Part shown: piece after piece, positions 58,846 to 64,000 of the stretch
Layout: the number at the start of each line of letters is the position of its first letter
How positions within the stretch are numbered: position 1 is the first letter of the stretch
Notes under the pieces: model-generated
What the model saw: the letters and a program-made list of their open reading frames with translations, nothing else
Database searches by the model: none
What the model was told of the DNA's origin: nothing
Made by a program: the position numbers and the translations under genes
Assembly: GCA_964612715.1 (NCBI GenBank)
Contig: CAZTCY010000004.1
Location: 1,989-65,988, forward strand
DNA length: 64,000 bases
Direction: 5' to 3'
Source: an uncultured Nitrosomonas sp.
GTDB lineage: Bacteria > Pseudomonadota > Gammaproteobacteria > Burkholderiales > Nitrosomonadaceae

Positions 58846-60084
58846 ATGCACAATAATTCAGCTCCCTGGCATCATCTTTCGGCAGCACCGCATCGCAGTC
58901 TTTTTCTGGCAGGTGCATTGCAGGGTGTTTTTACCCTGGTCTGGTGGCTCTACGATCTTGCCGGACGCTATGCCATTGCAGGCACGTTTACTGTATGGAG
59001 TACTCCGCCGACATGGGCGCATGCCTTTTTAATGATTTATGGTTTTTTCCCCTTCTTTATCTTCGGTTTTTTGTTTACGACATACCCGAACTGGATGAAT
59101 GGCGCAAAAATCCCGCCGCGCGTCTATATGACTACCGTTCTTTTAATGACCGGCGGTATTGCGTTGTTTTATACCGGATTAATCTACGGTCAGGGTATTG
59201 TCATACTGGGCGTTCTTGCGCTGCTGGCCGGTTTTGGCGTCGCGTTTAACGCCTTACTGCGTGTACTCCTGGCGGCCAAAGGTCAGGACAGACGGCATGC
59301 GATCGTCACCAGCGCCGCGCTTTTCATGGGCTGCCTGGGAATTGCGGCTTATCTGTTCTGGCTGATTACCGACATAAATTTCCTGTTGAGCTTTTCACGG
59401 CACACCGGTGTCTGGTTTTTCCTGATGCCGATTCTGCTGGCGGTTTCGCACCGCATGATCCCATTTTTCTCCAGCCGCGTATTGGAAAACTATGTCATGG
59501 TAAGACCGTACTGGATGCTCTGGATTATGCTTGCATGTGCTGCGGCACATGGCATTCTGCAATTATCCGGCCAAATCCAGTATCTATGGGTGGCCGATTT
59601 TCTGCTGGCAGCATGCACCCTTTATCTGTCGATCCGATGGGGGTTCTTGCGCAGTTTCCAGGTCAGTCTGCTGGCTGTGCTGCATATTTCGTTCGCCTGG
59701 CTCGGTGTTGCCATGCTGCTCTATGGCCTGCAAAGCTATTTGTACATGCAGACCCCGGGAAACACACTGACTCTGGGTCTTGCACCTTTGCACGCACTTG
59801 CCATCGGTTATTTTGCCAGCATGGTGCTCGGCATGGCGTCACGCGTCACCCTCGGGCATTCCGGCCGCCCCCTGGAACTGGACCGGCTCACCTGGCAATT
59901 GTTTATCGGTTTTCAGGCCAGCACTGTAGTCAGAATCCTGCCGGAGATCATCCCTGTGTTCGGATCGTTCACACCCGTGCTCTATCTGCTCGCGGGACTG
60001 ATCTGGCTCGCCTGCTTCTTTTTGTGGGCAGCGCATTATGTGCCGATATACTGGCGCCCTCGAATCGACGGCAAACCGGGCTGA
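58846..60084 (+). CDS. nnrS: NnrS-family membrane protein
   Basis: 412 aa with about 12 TM segments. N-terminal PHRSLFLAGALQG motif typical of NnrS. Confidence 0.8.
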   Translation: MHNNSAPWHHLSAAPHRSLFLAGALQGVFTLVWWLYDLAGRYAIAGTFTVWSTPPTWAHAFLMIYGFFPFFIFGFLFTTYPNWMNGAKIPPRVYMTTVLLMTGGIALFYTGLIYGQGIVILGVLALLAGFGVAFNALLRVLLAAKGQDRRHAIVTSAALFMGCLGIAAYLFWLITDINFLLSFSRHTGVWFFLMPILLAVSHRMIPFFSSRVLENYVMVRPYWMLWIMLACAAAHGILQLSGQIQYLWVADFLLAACTLYLSIRWGFLRSFQVSLLAVLHISFAWLGVAMLLYGLQSYLYMQTPGNTLTLGLAPLHALAIGYFASMVLGMASRVTLGHSGRPLELDRLTWQLFIGFQASTVVRILPEIIPVFGSFTPVLYLLAGLIWLACFFLWAAHYVPIYWRPRIDGKPG

Positions 60085-60343
60085 TCAATCCGATGACTCA
60101 TCGGTGATCTTGACAAGCAGAAAGGGCTTCGCTAGTCTCGTTGAATCGAGTTGCGTCGCATAACGGCGGTGTCAGGCAGGTTATTTTACTGACAGCGTTT
60201 CATTAACAATACAATGCGCGCGCACACTGCCATATGATTTATACTATGCCAGATGCGATGCGCACAGCATTGCTGATCACAATAAAAATAAATGAGATAG
60301 TTTTACTTTTTAAAATTCGTCACATACACAAGGAGAGAGAACA

Positions 60344-60763
60344 ATGGAACTCAAAGGATCCAAGACTGAGGGCAATCTCAAAGCCGCATTTGCCGGAGAA
60401 TCGCAAGCCAACCGCCGCTACCTGTACTTTGCTGCAAAAGCGGATGTTGAAGGTCAGAACGATGTTGCTGCGGTTTTCCGTTCTACAGCCGAAGGCGAAA
60501 CGGGGCACGCGCATGGTCACCTGGAATATCTGGAATCCTGCGGTGATCCTGCCACCGGCCTGCATTTCGGTGCAACCCGCGACAACCTGAAAACCGCGAT
60601 CGCCGGTGAAACGCACGAATACACCGACATGTATCCCGGCATGGCCAAAACCGCACGCGATGAAGGTTTTGATGAAATCGCCGACTGGTTTGAAACGCTG
60701 GCCAAAGCCGAACGTTCACACGCCAATCGTTTCCAGCGCGCTTTGGATAGTCTGACTGACTGA
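60344..60763 (+). CDS. Rubrerythrin-family diiron protein lacking a rubredoxin domain
   Basis: [30 protein letters not shown] and [11 protein letters not shown] (ExxH diiron ligands). No CxxC pairs. AAGGAGAG RBS. Confidence 0.9.
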   Translation: MELKGSKTEGNLKAAFAGESQANRRYLYFAAKADVEGQNDVAAVFRSTAEGETGHAHGHLEYLESCGDPATGLHFGATRDNLKTAIAGETHEYTDMYPGMAKTARDEGFDEIADWFETLAKAERSHANRFQRALDSLTD

Positions 60764-60817
60764 TAAAACCGCTGGGAACTGACCGGCTAAAAGCTGGATC
60801 AGACACAATTAAAGAAT

Positions 60818-60852
60818 GGGGTTTATGGCAGAACGGCATAAACCCCGTTTTC
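60818..60852 (+). terminator. Rho-independent terminator after the rubrerythrin gene
   Basis: Stem GGGGTTTATG / CATAAACCCC (10 bp), 9-nt loop, followed by GTTTTCGGTTGTT. Confidence 0.7.
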
Positions 60853-60894
60853 GGTTGTTCATCTTTTTAATGTTGCTTTTTCTCCCGAAATTCT

Positions 60895-62292
60895 ATGACT
60901 ACTCGTGAAGGCAGTCTGGAAGCACCCAAACGCCATCCCATCGACTGGAAAAACATCGAATTCTATAACGAAGCCAGCCTGATGCATGAAATGGAGCGCG
61001 TGTTCGATATCTGCCATGGATGCCGGCGTTGCGTCAATCTGTGCACTGCGTTTCCACGTCTCTTTGACCTGGTTGACGATGGCGCCACCGGTGAAATCGA
61101 CGGCGTCGATAAACAAAAATTCTGGGAAGTTGTCGATCACTGTTTTCTGTGCGATATGTGCTTCATGACCAAGTGTCCTTATGTCCCGCCGCATGAATGG
61201 AATATTGATTTTCCGCACCTGATGCTGCGCGCCAAGGCAGTCAAATTCAAAGACAAGGGCGCCAGTTTCCGCGACACATTGTTATCCAATACCGACGCGG
61301 TCGGCAAGTTGGCGACAATTCCGGTCGTCGTGCAGACGGTCAATGCCTTGAACAAGACGCCCGCCGTCCGCAAACTCATGGACAGCAAACTCGGCATACA
61401 TGCCGACCGGGTTTTGCCCGAATACACGCCCAACACATTCCGCCCAACAGCACAGACCAATGACACGTTCGCCGTCATCAACGGTGAACGTACTCCCGGA
61501 AAAGTCGCGATCTATGCCACCTGCTATATCAATTACAACGAACCCAGCATCGGGCGTGACTTACTGAAAATACTCGCGCATAACGCAATTCCCACCACAC
61601 TCGTTGAAAAAGAAGTATGCTGTGGTATGCCGAAACTGGAACTGGGTGATCTCGATACCGTCGAGAAACTCAAGGACGTCAATATTCCGCATTTAATGAA
61701 ACTGGCCGAGAACGGCTATGCTATTCTGTCCGCCGTACCGTCATGCACCCTCATGTACAAGCAGGAACTGCCCTTGCTGTTCCCGGATGATCGGGCCGTG
61801 CAAACCGTTGCTGCGGCAATGTTCGATCCTTTCGAATATTTGATGCTGCGCCATCAGGACAGATTGCTGAAAACCGATTTCAAAACTTCGCTGGGCAAGG
61901 TGGCCTACCATATACCGTGCCATCAGCGGGTTCAGAATATCGGCAAAAAAACGCGCGATGTCCTGCAACTGATTCCGGGTACTGAAATTACCGTTGTCGA
62001 ACGCTGTTCCGGACACGATGGTACCTGGGGTGTTAAAAGCGAATTTTTTGCCGACGCAATGAAAATCGGCCGCCCGGTTTTCCGGCAGATGGCAGCGAAC
62101 AAACCCGATTACATCAGTTCGGATTGTCCCATCGCCGCACGCCATATCGAACAGGGCATAGGAGACGAAAACACGGCGCAGAAACTGCACCCGCTGACGC
62201 TGTTGCGTTTCGCCTACGAAGGCCGGCTCTATACTGTCAGCGGACAGGAAGCCGCTGCACCGATTCCAACCCATAACGAGAAAAGTGATTAA
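60895..62292 (+). CDS. HdrD/GlpC-like iron-sulfur oxidoreductase (two 4Fe-4S motifs plus CCG domains)
   Basis: CHGCRRCVNLC and CFLCDMCFMTKCP ferredoxin-type motifs. CCG motif KEVCCGMP. A second, degenerate Cys-rich domain (ERCSGHDG ... SDCPIA). Confidence 0.85.
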   Translation: MTTREGSLEAPKRHPIDWKNIEFYNEASLMHEMERVFDICHGCRRCVNLCTAFPRLFDLVDDGATGEIDGVDKQKFWEVVDHCFLCDMCFMTKCPYVPPHEWNIDFPHLMLRAKAVKFKDKGASFRDTLLSNTDAVGKLATIPVVVQTVNALNKTPAVRKLMDSKLGIHADRVLPEYTPNTFRPTAQTNDTFAVINGERTPGKVAIYATCYINYNEPSIGRDLLKILAHNAIPTTLVEKEVCCGMPKLELGDLDTVEKLKDVNIPHLMKLAENGYAILSAVPSCTLMYKQELPLLFPDDRAVQTVAAAMFDPFEYLMLRHQDRLLKTDFKTSLGKVAYHIPCHQRVQNIGKKTRDVLQLIPGTEITVVERCSGHDGTWGVKSEFFADAMKIGRPVFRQMAANKPDYISSDCPIAARHIEQGIGDENTAQKLHPLTLLRFAYEGRLYTVSGQEAAAPIPTHNEKSD

Positions 62293-62295
62293 AAA

Positions 62296-62880
62296 ATGGC
62301 CCGAATAACCCGCGACAGCCTGTTGACACTTGAAGATTACGCCAAGGTCCGTAAACAGAAACGCGCCGAAGTCATGGCGCATAAGAAACCACGCAAAATC
62401 CCGCTGGGTAAGCACATTACGCTGATTTTCGAAGACGATGTCACTATCCGGTATCAGATCCAGGAAATGCTGCATATCGAACGTATTTTCCAGGAAGATG
62501 AAATCGTTTATGAACTGGAAACCTATCTGCCTCTGGTGCCCGATGGCACAAACTGGAAAGCGACCATGATGATCGAATACCCCGACCCCGCTGAACGCGC
62601 GGCACGGCTTGCGCAAATGATCGGCATTGAAGACAGGGTATGGGTCAGGGTCGATGGTTTTCCACCGGTTTACGCCATTGCCGATGAAGATATCATTCGT
62701 GAGAACAGTGAAAAAACATCTTCGGTGCATTTTCTGCGTTTTGAACTGACACAGGACATGATCCGGGCGCTGAAGCAGCAGTGTCAATTGTCTATGGGCG
62801 TCGATCACCCCGCCTATCAGGCGACCATTGACGCCGTCGATGAGCAGAGCCGCACAGCCCTGGTCAACGATCTGGCTTAG
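62296..62880 (+). CDS. DUF3501-family protein
   Basis: Starts 3 nt after the Fe-S gene's stop. 194 aa. The family assignment is from memory of the conserved rubrerythrin/Fe-S/DUF3501 neighbourhood and was not verified. Confidence 0.7.
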   Translation: MARITRDSLLTLEDYAKVRKQKRAEVMAHKKPRKIPLGKHITLIFEDDVTIRYQIQEMLHIERIFQEDEIVYELETYLPLVPDGTNWKATMMIEYPDPAERAARLAQMIGIEDRVWVRVDGFPPVYAIADEDIIRENSEKTSSVHFLRFELTQDMIRALKQQCQLSMGVDHPAYQATIDAVDEQSRTALVNDLA

Positions 62881-62902
62881 GCATCATTGCGGAAATCCGG
62901 AT

Positions 62903-63439
62903 ATGTTCAACAAATCATCGCTACCGGCATTCGTGCTGCTGTCGTGTCTGCTGATGGCCGCCTGCGCAGCCAAAAAAGAATTCAAGGAAACATTTGATAC
63001 CGAAAAACCCTGGCTGGAACAACTGGCTCAACTGCCCCCCTACCCTGACCTCAGCAACCTGATTCCTGTTAGCGTTCAAACCAGCGCCGATTATCAGCAT
63101 GCTGTCGATCCGGAATCCATCAGCATCGGTGACGATGGCGTCGTGCGCTTTACGCTGGTTTCCCGTTCCTCGGCCGGTGCGATGAATATCAGTTATGAAG
63201 GTATCCGCTGCGAAACCAACGAAAGAAAACTCTATGCCATCGGGCGCGATAATAAAACCTGGGCCAAACCCAGAACATCCGAATGGCAACCGCTGAGTTT
63301 CGTCAAGCAATTCTATGCACAACGCGAATTATCCAAAAATCTGCTGTGTCCGGACAAACACCCTGTCAGAACCCGAGAAGAAGCGATCAGCGTGCTGAAA
63401 GCGGGTAAAAATCCGGCAATTTTTCGTTTCGTAAAATAA
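62903..63439 (+). CDS. CNP1-like lipoprotein
   Basis: Start trimmed to MFNKSSLPAFVLLSCLLMAAC (lipobox). YEGIRCETNERKLYA motif recalled from the CNP1-like family. Confidence 0.65.
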   Translation: MFNKSSLPAFVLLSCLLMAACAAKKEFKETFDTEKPWLEQLAQLPPYPDLSNLIPVSVQTSADYQHAVDPESISIGDDGVVRFTLVSRSSAGAMNISYEGIRCETNERKLYAIGRDNKTWAKPRTSEWQPLSFVKQFYAQRELSKNLLCPDKHPVRTREEAISVLKAGKNPAIFRFVK

Positions 63440-63509
63440 TGTCCATATCAACACAGCCGCAAAACTGAGCGATGAGCGCCGGGCCGCATTACATTAATCC
63501 GCCACAATT

Positions 63510-63950
63510 CTACTGAATTAACGTATCAGGCGGCAGTCCGGAACGCGCCCTGGCCGCAAGTGATTCAAGCCAGATCTGATGATATTTCGACATCCGGTGC
63601 GGCAGAAACAGCCGATTAAGCCGCGCCAGCCAGCCATGCTGCGTTTCTTCCGTCAACACATGACATCCCCGCCCGGCTCGCTGCAACAACCATGCATGAT
63701 AACCGTCAAAACCCGGTCCATGTGCATCCCAGGCGATACGCTCACCGGGAACATACTCAAGTACGGTCGATGAAATCGTGACACCAAACGTTCTCCAGCG
63801 GAATTGCGTATTCAGCTTCAGATCAGGAGCCGTGCCTTCAAGAAAACGTACGTCCGCCGAATTGACATACCACTCCGGCCATAACAGTGCACGCACCAGC
63901 CACGCCCACACGTTCTCCGGCGGCGCATCCATTGTCAGCGCGTTGCGCAC
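63510..63950 (-). CDS. SRPBCC-superfamily protein; N-terminus may extend past the window edge
   Basis: APPENVWAWLVRALLWPEWY motif. The frame upstream of the GTG at 63950 stays open to base 64000 (...EICWPEYYAPQNSAVH), so the true start is unresolved. Confidence 0.65.
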   Translation of the reverse strand: MRNALTMDAPPENVWAWLVRALLWPEWYVNSADVRFLEGTAPDLKLNTQFRWRTFGVTISSTVLEYVPGERIAWDAHGPGFDGYHAWLLQRAGRGCHVLTEETQHGWLARLNRLFLPHRMSKYHQIWLESLAARARSGLPPDTLIQ

Positions 63951-64000
63951 ATGAACAGCGCTGTTTTGCGGCGCATAGTATTCCGGCCAGCAAATTTCCG

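Noticed and set aside
1-64000. Searched for CRISPR arrays, IS elements/transposases, integrases, phage genes, rRNA and tRNA
   Set aside because: No regularly spaced direct repeats, no transposase- or integrase-like ORFs and no rRNA/tRNA signatures were seen in any intergenic region.

Overview
This 64-kb chromosomal window looks betaproteobacterial (Nitrosomonadales-like gene content and synteny, judged by eye and not verified). Most of it is ordinary core genome. Left to right, it contains:
- a 3'-truncated fused LplT/PlsC/Aas-type gene that the ORF track misses;
- nrdAB and fumC;
- a compact four-gene peptide-natural-product cassette on the minus strand (9461-14270);
- an iron-uptake block: a DUF3016-like gene, two TonB-dependent receptors and a PiuC-type hydroxylase;
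- a complete flgA / flgBCDEFGHIJKL flagellar basal-body and hook cluster;
- ratA-rnfH divergent from smpB, then ctaA;
- a glycogen cluster: glgB, glgC, two GH57 genes, pgi and glgA;
- a TauE-family permease;
- an AT-rich stretch with small orphan genes, next to a strikingly GC-rich dihydroxyacetone kinase gene;
- suhB;
- a minus-strand housekeeping run: scpB, scpA, trpS, a site-2 protease, yciO and a PHP-domain gene;
- nnrS followed by a rubrerythrin / HdrD-GlpC-like Fe-S protein / DUF3501 / CNP1-like lipoprotein group;
- an SRPBCC gene at the right edge.

The best candidate for something undescribed is the 9461-14270 cassette. It encodes a 76-aa precursor with a canonical double-glycine leader and a 44-aa core lacking Cys and Trp. 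Next to it are a 345-aa radical SAM enzyme with too few cysteines for SPASM/twitch auxiliary clusters, a CvaA-type membrane fusion protein, and a C39-peptidase ABC exporter.

Secondary oddities are a 142-nt imperfect palindrome between flgE and flgF, several long perfect inverted repeats, a PEP-CTERM remnant, and the rubrerythrin/Fe-S/DUF3501 module.

I found no rRNA, tRNA, CRISPR array, transposase or integrase. All calls come from reading the sequence and ORF translations. No database search was run.
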